Below are positions 7,429 through 16,047 of a stretch of DNA of 64,000 nt, in pieces. The notes under the pieces were generated by a model. That model was not told where the DNA came from and did no database searches. It saw only the letters and a program-made list of their open reading frames with translations. The stretch's first letter is position 1. Every line of letters starts with the position of its first letter. Source of the stretch: a virus (taxonomy: Duplodnaviria; Caudoviricetes). The stretch lies in the IMG/VR virus record IMGVR_UViG_3300035520_000781, positions 28,998 through 92,997 of that record. The stretch is one strand, 5' to 3'. Made by a program: the position numbers and the translations under genes.

Positions 7429-9593
7429 AAGTATTAAAGAGAGATGGTTCAGTTGAAGATTTTAATCTTGAAAAAATTATTAATGCAGTTGTTTTAGCTT
7501 ATAAAGCCTGTGATAAGACTATTGATAGTGAAGTCTTAGGAGAGCTCAAGTATATTCACTCTGAGTTAAATAATACTGAAGTAAGTGTAGAAAATATTCA
7601 AACAGAAGTTATTAAAATTCTCATGGATTTGGCTCCTTATGATGTAGCACTTGCTTATATTCTTTATAGAGAAAAACATAAAGAAACAAGATTTATAAAA
7701 GAGAGACTGGACTATATGGAAAGATATGCCAATTCTACAGATAATGCAGCTTCTTCATCTGAAACTGATGCTAATTCTAATGTATCAATGAAGAATGTTG
7801 CAAATCTTGAAGGAGAGGTATATAAAACCACTAATAGAATTATTCAAAGGCAAAGAATGAAAGATGCTCTTAATAAGCTATTTCCTGAAGTTGCCAAACA
7901 ATATGAACAAGATTTAAATAACCATATTATATATACTCATGATGAGGCAAGCACTCCAGTATTGAAGCCTTATTGTATGGCTGCTACCCTTTATCCTCTT
8001 ATGCTTGAAGGTGTAGGAAATATTGATGGAGTGACCCCATCTGCACCGAATGATATTCAATCTTTTAGTGGTCAGGTAACTAATCTTGTATTTTTACTTT
8101 CATCTCAAGTTAAAGGAGCTGTAGCTCTTGGTGATTATTTCATTGCATTGAATTATTATGTAATTAAAGAGTTTGGACCAATATGGTATGAAAAGCTTAA
8201 TACAGTAGTTACTAATGAATATTTTACAGAAAGACATACTGTTGAGTATTTCATTAGAAAAGGTATGAAGCAATTCATTTATGGTGTAAATCAACCTGCT
8301 GGAAATAGAAGTTATAATTCTCCCTTCTCTAATATTTCTTACTATGACAAGGAATATTTTAAAGCATTGTTTGAAGAATTCTACTATCCTGATGGCACTA
8401 AACCTGAGTGGAAAGCAATAGATACTCTTCAAAGAATGTTTATGAAATTACACAGAGAACTTAGATTAATTAAGCCTCTTACCTTCCCTGTATCTACAAT
8501 TGCACTTGTACATAATAATAAAGAGTATCTTGATAAAGATTATAAAGAGTTATGTGCTGAAGAATGGGCTAAGGGGGGAAGTTTCTTTTGTTATACAAGT
8601 GATAATCCCACTTCATTAGCTTCGTGTTGCAGGGTCTTGAATGAAATTAAAGACAATACATTTAGTTCTACTACTGGAATGACAGGTGTTATGACAGGAA
8701 GCTGCAATGTAATTACTCTTAATATTAATAGAATTGTACAAAATTATTTTAGCTTCTTTCCTTCTGATTGTAATATAAATTGCTTCCTTTCAGATAAAAG
8801 TAATGGCTATCCTTTTTTAAAGAAATGGCTTACTGAAATTCTTGAAAGAGTTTATAAGTATCATATTGCCTATAAAACTATGCTGTATGACCTTGAAGAT
8901 AAAGGTATGTTGGCAGCATCTAATGCTGGATATATATATCTTAAGAAATTGTATAGCACAATAGGTATTATAGGTTATTGTGAAGCTGCTAAATTCTTAG
9001 GAATAGAAGTAAGTAATAATCAAGAGTATAAAGATTTCTTGAAGGTAATTCTTGGTACCATTAAAAAACAAAATAAGATACACTCTATTCAAGATAAGAA
9101 GAAGCCTATATTATTTAATAGTGAGGCCATTCCTGGAGAGAATTTAGCTGTTAAATTCTATGAATGGGATAAAGCTGAAGGATATGAAGTTCCTAAAGAC
9201 CAGAATTTATTTAACTGTTATTTCTATAATCCATGGGATGAAAATACTTCTATATTAGATAAACTTAAACTTCATGGAAAAGAAATATCAGAATTTACTG
9301 ATGGAGGCCAGGCAGCTCATGTAAACTTAGATACACATTTAAGTAAAGAGCAGTACCTTAAAATACTTGACATTGCAAAGGATTATAGTACTAACTACTT
9401 CACATTTAATATTCCAATGAGTGAATGTGCAGACTGTGGTAATGTAGTTAATGCACCTATTGAAGAGTGTCCTAAATGTAAATCTAAAAAGATTAAATAC
9501 TGGACAAGAATTATTGGGTATTTAACCTGTGTAAATAGTTGGTCTAATGCTAGACAGGTAGAACAAAAGAAGAGGGTTTATTCTCATGATTAA
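7425..9593 (+). CDS. nrdD: Anaerobic (class III) ribonucleoside-triphosphate reductase
   Basis: N-terminal ATP cone (KVLKRDG), SCCR and GSCNVITLN, C-terminal CxxC..CPxC zinc site and glycyl-radical loop RIIGY. Confidence 0.95.
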   Translation: MKVLKRDGSVEDFNLEKIINAVVLAYKACDKTIDSEVLGELKYIHSELNNTEVSVENIQTEVIKILMDLAPYDVALAYILYREKHKETRFIKERLDYMERYANSTDNAASSSETDANSNVSMKNVANLEGEVYKTTNRIIQRQRMKDALNKLFPEVAKQYEQDLNNHIIYTHDEASTPVLKPYCMAATLYPLMLEGVGNIDGVTPSAPNDIQSFSGQVTNLVFLLSSQVKGAVALGDYFIALNYYVIKEFGPIWYEKLNTVVTNEYFTERHTVEYFIRKGMKQFIYGVNQPAGNRSYNSPFSNISYYDKEYFKALFEEFYYPDGTKPEWKAIDTLQRMFMKLHRELRLIKPLTFPVSTIALVHNNKEYLDKDYKELCAEEWAKGGSFFCYTSDNPTSLASCCRVLNEIKDNTFSSTTGMTGVMTGSCNVITLNINRIVQNYFSFFPSDCNINCFLSDKSNGYPFLKKWLTEILERVYKYHIAYKTMLYDLEDKGMLAASNAGYIYLKKLYSTIGIIGYCEAAKFLGIEVSNNQEYKDFLKVILGTIKKQNKIHSIQDKKKPILFNSEAIPGENLAVKFYEWDKAEGYEVPKDQNLFNCYFYNPWDENTSILDKLKLHGKEISEFTDGGQAAHVNLDTHLSKEQYLKILDIAKDYSTNYFTFNIPMSECADCGNVVNAPIEECPKCKSKKIKYWTRIIGYLTCVNSWSNARQVEQKKRVYSHD

Positions 9594-10068
9594 ATACACT
9601 GATGTTAAAATTACATTTTCTGAAGTTCCCAATGAAATAACACTATGTATAAATATTTCTAATTGTCCTTGCCATTGTACTAACTGCCATAGCTCATATC
9701 TTGCAAGAGACATAGGTACAGAACTTAGCAGTAAAAAGCTAATTGGTTTAATAGAAGACAATAGGAGTGTATCCTGTATATCTTTTATGGGAGGGGATGC
9801 TTCTCCTTCTGAAATAAATTACTTAGCTAAAGTAGTTAAAATGGGCTATGATGAAAATATAAAAGTAGCTTGGTATAGTGGCAGACAAGAATTATCAAAA
9901 GAAATTGATATTAATAATTTTGATTTCATTAAATTAGGCCCTTATATTGAAGAGCTTGGCCCATTAAATGTAAGAACAACTAATCAAAAGTTTTATAAAG
10001 TGAAGCATCTTACATCAGGAAAATCTAAAATGTATGATGCAACACATCTATTTTGGAAAAATGATTAA
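9586..10068 (+). CDS. nrdG: Anaerobic RNR activating enzyme (radical SAM)
   Basis: CPCHCTNC (CxxxCxxC), FMGGD, and TTNQ. Overlaps the nrdD end. Confidence 0.92.
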   Translation: MIKYTDVKITFSEVPNEITLCINISNCPCHCTNCHSSYLARDIGTELSSKKLIGLIEDNRSVSCISFMGGDASPSEINYLAKVVKMGYDENIKVAWYSGRQELSKEIDINNFDFIKLGPYIEELGPLNVRTTNQKFYKVKHLTSGKSKMYDATHLFWKND

Positions 10069-10264
10069 AATTATAATCAATGAACATATGGAAGGTGACA
10101 TTGCTGTACGAAGTACAGTAGTCACCTTTTTTAATCTTGTAATATTTAGCCAAAAGCATTATACTACAAATACTAATATTGTATCTGCTTTGACTACTAG
10201 TAAAAAATGTAATAAAGTAAAAGGATTCTATGAAACTAACAATAAAAGTAAAACCAATAAATAA
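10061..10264 (+). CDS. Small hypothetical protein
   Basis: Fills the gap between nrdG and dUTPase. The ATG at 10061 overlaps the nrdG end and is preferred over 10034. Confidence 0.55.
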   Translation: MIKIIINEHMEGDIAVRSTVVTFFNLVIFSQKHYTTNTNIVSALTTSKKCNKVKGFYETNNKSKTNK

Positions 10265-10769
10265 TTTTGGTTACATTCCTGAAACATTAGCTAAAGGAGA
10301 TTGGATAGACCTTAGGTCTTCTATGGATATACACTTGGAAGCTCCTTATGCAGGTACTTTAAAGAGAAAAACAGTTAAAGGGAATGAGCAGAGACAAAGA
10401 AATGTATGTTTTGACACAGCTATGATTCCTCTTGGTATTGCTATGAAACTTCCAAAAGGCTTTGAAGCAGTAATAGTTCCAAGAAGTAGTATGTTTAAGA
10501 AATATCACATTATTCAATCAAACCATATTGGAGTTATTGATAATTCCTATTGTGGAGATGGTGATGAATGGAAACTGCCAGTTGTTGCATTTCAAGAAAC
10601 AGAGATTAAAAAGGGAGAAAGAATTTGCCAATTTAAAATACAATTATCACAAAAAGCTACTATATGGCAAAAAATGAAATGGCTCTTTTCAAATGGAGTT
10701 AAGATTAAAAAAGTTAAATCTCTGAGTGGAACTAATAGAGGAGGATTTGGCTCCACTGGTAATGTATAA
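10230..10769 (+). CDS. dut: Trimeric dUTPase
   Basis: WIDL, PRSS, GVIDNSYCG, RICQ and RGGFGSTG motifs I-V. Confidence 0.93.
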   Translation: MKLTIKVKPINNFGYIPETLAKGDWIDLRSSMDIHLEAPYAGTLKRKTVKGNEQRQRNVCFDTAMIPLGIAMKLPKGFEAVIVPRSSMFKKYHIIQSNHIGVIDNSYCGDGDEWKLPVVAFQETEIKKGERICQFKIQLSQKATIWQKMKWLFSNGVKIKKVKSLSGTNRGGFGSTGNV

Positions 10770-10774
10770 TTTTA

Positions 10775-11263
10775 ATGGAATATATTAGTATAATTATTAT
10801 TTTTATTATTTTATTTATTATAATTTATTCTGGGAAGAAAAAGAGTAATAAAGAAAAATATTGTATTTCCTTCATGGAAACCTTTAATCTTACAGATATA
10901 CCAATTATCACAATGTTTTCTGGAACAAATAAAATAAATTTTCTATTAGATACAGGTGCATCACAATCATTTATCTCTCAAAAAGCCTCTAAATATATTA
11001 ATGGTATAGAAACTACTTGTGATTTAAGTCTTATATCAGCAAATGGAAGTGAAGAGTCTCATTGTAAAGTTGTTGAAACAATATTATCTTTTAAACATAG
11101 AAATTTTAAAGTAAAACTAACTGTAAATAAAAATTTAGATACTGCATTTTTTGATTTAAAAGAGAAGAAAGGCATAACTTTACATGGAATTTTGGGCTCA
11201 GACTTTTTCAATAAATATTCTTACATTATTGATTTTAAAAAATATGTTGCATATCCACAATAA
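10775..11263 (+). CDS. Membrane-anchored retropepsin-like aspartyl protease
   Basis: N-terminal TM helix, FLLDTGAS and GILGSDF. Confidence 0.85.
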   Translation: MEYISIIIIFIILFIIIYSGKKKSNKEKYCISFMETFNLTDIPIITMFSGTNKINFLLDTGASQSFISQKASKYINGIETTCDLSLISANGSEESHCKVVETILSFKHRNFKVKLTVNKNLDTAFFDLKEKKGITLHGILGSDFFNKYSYIIDFKKYVAYPQ

Positions 11264-13323
11264 TGAGTCAAATATATTTAGTTACTGAGCAATCACAGTT
11301 ATTTGATAATAATAATTATAAAATTATTGGTGTGGAGGAGTCTTTAGAGCTCCTCTCACCTTTAACTGTGGTTGGCCTTGATACTGAAACTGAAGGTTTA
11401 GACCCATATACTAAGAACCTTTTATCAGTTCAACTTGGATGTAATGATTTTCAAATTGTAATAGACTGCTCTACTATAAATATTCAACAATATAAGGAAT
11501 ATCTTGAGTCAGATAGGCTATTTATAGGGTGGAATTTAAAGTTTGATTTAAAGTTTTTATTTCATAAAAGAATAGTACCAAAAAGAGTTTATGATGGATT
11601 TCTTGCTGAAAAATTAATGTGGCTTGGCTACCCTGCTGGATTTCATTCTATGTCTCTAAAAACAGCTGGAGAAACTTATTGTAATATTGAGCTTGATAAA
11701 TCTGTAAGAGGTCTAATTATATGGAAAGGATTAATTTCTGAAGTAATAGAGTATGCTGCATTAGATGTTAAATATCTTGAAGAAATAATGAATAAGCAGC
11801 TAATAGAACTTAATAAAAAGGGTTTAAATGTTGCTATTGATTATGAGAATAGATTTGTCCTTCCTCTTTCTTATATGGAATATTGTGGTGTAAAACTTGA
11901 TGTTGAAAAATGGAAAGTTAAAATGCTACATGATAAAGAACGAGAGGAATTAGCAAAAAATGCTTGTAATAAATGGTTTATTTCTAATATAACTCAGGAT
12001 AAATTTAAAGAGCTGTATAATAAGTATATTTTTGTAAATCTTCAAGGAGATTTATTTGAAGGTTTCAATACAGAGCCTCAAGTAAAATTAAATTGGAATA
12101 GTGCTAAACAGGTTGCTGAAATATTTAAAGCTTTTGGAGTTGATGTAGTTATAGAGGATAAAACAACAGGAAAAGGTAAAGACAGTATTGATGCAAAACA
12201 ATTGAAGCCTCAGAAAGATAAATGTAGTTTAATTCCACTATATCTTGAATATAAAGAAGCTGTAAAAGTGACATCTACTTATGGTGAAAACTTTTTAAAA
12301 CAGATAAATTGTAAAGGTAGAATATGTACTAATTACTCTCAATTAGGTGCAGATACTACAAGAATAACTTCAGGAGGAAAAGACAAGACTTCTCATACTG
12401 ATTATTTAAATTTACTTAATCTTCCTGGTAATCCAGAAACAAGAGAATGTTTTTGTGCTGAAAACGGAAATAAATGGATAAGCATAGATTATTCAGGACA
12501 AGAAACTTATTTAATGGCATCCATAGCAGATGATAAGGCTATTATTAATGAACTCACAGAAGGCTCTGGAGATATTCATAGTTTAACAGCATACATAGCT
12601 TATCCTGAAATTCCAAGAGATACAAAAATTAAGGACATTAAAAAGCTATATCACAACTACAGACAAGAGGCCAAAGGGATAGAGTTCGCAATTAATTATG
12701 GAGGAACAGCTGATACTATAAGTAGAAATAAAGGAATCCCTATAGAAGAAGCTACTACTATCTATAATAATTATATGAAAGGATTTACTGGACTAAAAAA
12801 ATATCAAGATTTTAGAAGAAAAGATTGGCTTAATAAAGGCTATATTCTCCTGAGTCATTTAACCGGACACAAAGCTTATATTTATGATTTTGACGAATTA
12901 AAAACTATTCAATCTAAATTCAACAATGAAGGTTTTTGGAGTTATTATAGAGAAATGAAAGCTTCTTGTCCTGATTGTGAAACAGTACAAAATGTAAGAA
13001 AGTTTTTTAAAAGAAAGTCTGCATCTGAGAAACAAAGTATTAACTACCCAATACAAGCAGCTGGCTCAATGTGTCTAAGAGTAAGCATGATAAACTTCTT
13101 TGAGTATTTAAGGAAAAATAACTTATTATTTAAAGTATTAATTTGTGTTGCCCCTTATGACGAAATAAATTGTGAAGCTCCAGCAGAAATAGCAGAAGAT
13201 ATAGCAAAAGTATTATATAATTGTATGGTAAAAGCAGGCTCTTATTTCTGTACAAAATGTAAATTAGATGCAGAAGTTTCCAGAGCAAAAGATGGTACTT
13301 TACCTACATTTTGGATTCATTAA
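11263..13323 (+). CDS. polA: Family A DNA polymerase with 3'-5' exonuclease domain
   Basis: Exonuclease motifs LDTET, NLKFD and YAALD. Polymerase motif A DYSGQE, motif B RQEAKGIEFAINYG, motif C YDE. Confidence 0.95.
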   Translation: MSQIYLVTEQSQLFDNNNYKIIGVEESLELLSPLTVVGLDTETEGLDPYTKNLLSVQLGCNDFQIVIDCSTINIQQYKEYLESDRLFIGWNLKFDLKFLFHKRIVPKRVYDGFLAEKLMWLGYPAGFHSMSLKTAGETYCNIELDKSVRGLIIWKGLISEVIEYAALDVKYLEEIMNKQLIELNKKGLNVAIDYENRFVLPLSYMEYCGVKLDVEKWKVKMLHDKEREELAKNACNKWFISNITQDKFKELYNKYIFVNLQGDLFEGFNTEPQVKLNWNSAKQVAEIFKAFGVDVVIEDKTTGKGKDSIDAKQLKPQKDKCSLIPLYLEYKEAVKVTSTYGENFLKQINCKGRICTNYSQLGADTTRITSGGKDKTSHTDYLNLLNLPGNPETRECFCAENGNKWISIDYSGQETYLMASIADDKAIINELTEGSGDIHSLTAYIAYPEIPRDTKIKDIKKLYHNYRQEAKGIEFAINYGGTADTISRNKGIPIEEATTIYNNYMKGFTGLKKYQDFRRKDWLNKGYILLSHLTGHKAYIYDFDELKTIQSKFNNEGFWSYYREMKASCPDCETVQNVRKFFKRKSASEKQSINYPIQAAGSMCLRVSMINFFEYLRKNNLLFKVLICVAPYDEINCEAPAEIAEDIAKVLYNCMVKAGSYFCTKCKLDAEVSRAKDGTLPTFWIH

Positions 13324-13784
13324 ATATGTGGATTATGTGGAAATCAAAAAGATATAAATGTATTAAAAGTTACTATATTGAAGATGTGTGTTTTGCAAAA
13401 GAAGGAGACATAGTAGATATTTATAAAGACATTACTAATAATCTGTTTGAATTGCATAATACTAAAACAGGACATTATATAAAATGTTACAATATTCCCA
13501 CTGAGGAAATATTATTGAAATATTTTATAGATGAGGAGCCTAATAATAAACTTGAAGATTCTGTATCTCACCCCAAACATTATACCTCACATCCTTCAGG
13601 TATAGAATGTATAGTTATTACAAGACATTATTGTTTTTCTATTGGTAATGCTATTAAATACTTATGGAGAGCAGGACTTAAAAAAGATTCAAGCCTCAGT
13701 GATAAAGAAAAAGAAATTGAAGACTTGAATAAAGCTATTTGGTATATTAATGACAGAATAAAAGAACTTAAAAATGGGAATTAA
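13311..13784 (+). CDS. DUF3310 (T7 gp1.7 nucleotide kinase-like) domain protein
   Basis: VSHPKHYT..IECI..FSIGNAIKYLWRAG..EDLNKAIWY. Confidence 0.85.
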   Translation: MDSLNMWIMWKSKRYKCIKSYYIEDVCFAKEGDIVDIYKDITNNLFELHNTKTGHYIKCYNIPTEEILLKYFIDEEPNNKLEDSVSHPKHYTSHPSGIECIVITRHYCFSIGNAIKYLWRAGLKKDSSLSDKEKEIEDLNKAIWYINDRIKELKNGN

Positions 13785-13950
13785 ATTCCGTAATAAAACT
13801 AAACTTAAAGCAACATTAGCTATGTTTAATAAACTTACAAGTTATTTATTTGAACAAGCTTATGATGAACTTGAATATTTTAGTAGAGAGCAAAAAGAAG
13901 CTGTTAAAAGAGCAGAACAAGCATTTCTTGAAGTTTTAAATAATAATTAA
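13774..13950 (+). CDS. Small hypothetical protein (58 aa), missing from the ORF track
   Basis: MGIKFRNKTKLKATLAMF...LNNN*. Overlaps the upstream gene and its stop abuts the thioredoxin ATG. Confidence 0.65.
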   Translation: MGIKFRNKTKLKATLAMFNKLTSYLFEQAYDELEYFSREQKEAVKRAEQAFLEVLNNN

Positions 13951-14202
13951 ATGAAAGATATTATTAAGTTTTATAGCACTACCTGTGGCCCCTGTAAAGC
14001 TATGGGTAATATTCTTAAACAGTTAGAAGGAGTTAATATTATTGAAGCTGATATTGAGGATGAAAATACTCAAGAACTAATGGCTAAATATAAGGTAAGA
14101 ACCATTCCTACTATTGTTATTAAAAATTCAGAAAGTGAAGAAGCTGAACATACATTAACTGGTGTTCACTCTCTTGAAGAAATTAAATCTTTATTGTCAT
14201 GA
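13951..14202 (+). CDS. Thioredoxin/glutaredoxin-like protein
   Basis: CGPC active site and cis-Pro IPT motif. Confidence 0.9.
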   Translation: MKDIIKFYSTTCGPCKAMGNILKQLEGVNIIEADIEDENTQELMAKYKVRTIPTIVIKNSESEEAEHTLTGVHSLEEIKSLLS

Positions 14203-14327
14203 CATATTATATTGAAAATGCAAATAATGGCTGTATAGAAGCCATAGCTGGTTGTTATGAAGAGGCTCTTTCTATTCAGAATGACCTCTATTATGGTAAT
14301 GTTGATACTTATATTAGACAGGTATGA
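14199..14327 (+). CDS. Small hypothetical protein (42 aa), missing from the ORF track
   Basis: MTYYIENANNGCIEA...IRQV*, with ATGA overlaps at both ends. Confidence 0.6.
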   Translation: MTYYIENANNGCIEAIAGCYEEALSIQNDLYYGNVDTYIRQV

Positions 14328-15253
14328 AATTAATTAATCCTTCTGTGGAAATTATTCCACAAAAACCAAGTTTACAGGGTGTATATGAACAGATAGAGAG
14401 AGCTGCTAGAGTTTGCTATAAATCTGAAGGCTTGATACAATATGATAAAAATGGTAATTCTACTACAGCTAAGGAGTTTGTAAATAAGATAGTAAATGTA
14501 AAAAAACACCGCAGTGTTGCAGAGCATGGTACTGTTTATTTAAAAGTTCCAATGAATATAGTTACTAGTGCTTTAGCAGAGTCTGTTTGGGAAATGCTTA
14601 ATAATAACAAGTGGACTAAACATGATTGTAATAGTAACTATTATTACTATAGTACAAACTATAGAGTATTATTAGAAAATGATGCTCTAGATGTATTAGA
14701 GTATCTTTGTGAACCTACAGAATTTCATGAAAAAAGAGTTACTGTAAGAGTTAAATGTCCTATTTCAGTATCAAGAGAGTGGAATAGGCATAGAGACCTT
14801 TGTAAAACATCTGAAGAGGATTCTCAATATTTTAGTCCTAGTGAACAGAGTACAAGATATTGTAATTATAGTAAAGATAAATTTAATAATGAAATTCAAT
14901 GTACTATACCTTCTAAGTGTAATCATATGATAGAAGGTAATAGTTATGATTGGGAATTAGTTAATAAATATGATATTAAGCAAACTGAAGGTTTTTCATC
15001 TGCTGAAGAATCTTTAATTAAAACTTGGTGCTATAGTGAATTTCAATATATGAAGATGATAGCAGAGGGCTGTAAACCTGAAGAAGCTAGAGAGGTTCTT
15101 ACTTTATGTACAGCTACTGAGGTAGTATATACAGGTTTTGTAAGTGATTGGAAACATTTCTTTGAACTAAGAACTGCTGAAAATGCTCATCCTGATATAA
15201 GAGAATTAGCTATAAAATTGCAGAAGCAGTTTAAAGAAAAGGACTTAATATGA
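14324..15253 (+). CDS. thyX: Flavin-dependent thymidylate synthase
   Basis: ARVCY, H.SVAEH, RHR...SEQSTRY, PEEAREVL, WKHFFELR and AHPDIR. Confidence 0.92.
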   Translation: MKLINPSVEIIPQKPSLQGVYEQIERAARVCYKSEGLIQYDKNGNSTTAKEFVNKIVNVKKHRSVAEHGTVYLKVPMNIVTSALAESVWEMLNNNKWTKHDCNSNYYYYSTNYRVLLENDALDVLEYLCEPTEFHEKRVTVRVKCPISVSREWNRHRDLCKTSEEDSQYFSPSEQSTRYCNYSKDKFNNEIQCTIPSKCNHMIEGNSYDWELVNKYDIKQTEGFSSAEESLIKTWCYSEFQYMKMIAEGCKPEEAREVLTLCTATEVVYTGFVSDWKHFFELRTAENAHPDIRELAIKLQKQFKEKDLI

Positions 15254-15558
15254 GAGCTTTTAATGTTATCATAGAAGATTTTAACAAAAAGGAATTCATT
15301 CCTTATAATGTTATGCCTTATTTTGAAAAGTGTTATAAAGAGGCCAAAGAAAAACCTGTAACACTTGAAGAATGTACTAAATTTATAGATAGTAAAGCTA
15401 AATATAGATTTTGGAGTAGGTGTGAATATGAAATAGTTCTTACAAGTTTTCCTTCAGGCAGGATTAAAGAAAAGATTGATGTATATTCACAAATAAAACT
15501 AAATCTTGGAGTTATAACTGAACTATTTATGGAAGATTTAAAAATTAAAAAGAAATGA
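15250..15558 (+). CDS. Hypothetical phage protein
   Basis: 102-aa ORF with ATGA coupling at both ends. Confidence 0.75.
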   Translation: MRAFNVIIEDFNKKEFIPYNVMPYFEKCYKEAKEKPVTLEECTKFIDSKAKYRFWSRCEYEIVLTSFPSGRIKEKIDVYSQIKLNLGVITELFMEDLKIKKK

Positions 15559-15908
15559 GCTTAGACATTTATTTATTAAAACATAAAGTTAAAAATGATG
15601 CTGAAGATTATAATTCAGATGATGAATTATATTGGGCCAATATCACTCATAATTTAGGTGAAATGGCTCATGTAGCAGGATTTTATAGAGCTTTATGGAG
15701 GCCTGAAGAAATGGGTATTACTACTGCTAAGGAGCTTACTCCTTATATAAAGAAAGGTATTATCCAATTAATTAAACATCCCGAAACTTTTAAAGTATAC
15801 GATAGTCCAAATGGCTGGGGAACATATGACAATTTCCTGCCGTGGCTTACAAAATTACTTGTTGAGTTGTATAAATATCCTGAAGCTTATGTTTATGCTT
15901 CAAGATAA
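15555..15908 (+). CDS. Hypothetical phage protein
   Basis: 117-aa ORF (MSLDIYL..NITHNL..NGWG), last gene before a terminator. Confidence 0.75.
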   Translation: MSLDIYLLKHKVKNDAEDYNSDDELYWANITHNLGEMAHVAGFYRALWRPEEMGITTAKELTPYIKKGIIQLIKHPETFKVYDSPNGWGTYDNFLPWLTKLLVELYKYPEAYVYASR

Positions 15909-15926
15909 ATAGTTTATAATCATCAC

Positions 15927-15963
15927 TTAGGGAGAGACTAATACCTCTCCCTAATTTTTTTTT
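15927..15963 (+). terminator. Terminator ending the replication/nucleotide module
   Basis: TTAGGGAGAG / CTCTCCCTAA stem followed by a run of 9 T. Confidence 0.9.
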
Positions 15964-15990
15964 AACTTACCTAAAATTATCAATAAACCA

Positions 15991-16024
15991 TTTGGCTGTA
16001 TTGATAAAATTACTTACCTTTGCA
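15991..16024 (+). promoter_or_regulatory. Bacteroidota sigma70-type promoter of the virion RNAP operon
   Basis: Perfect TTTG-N20-TACCTTTG(CA), 25 nt before the ATG. Confidence 0.85.
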
Positions 16025-16047
16025 TTAAAATTTAACTAATCACCATT

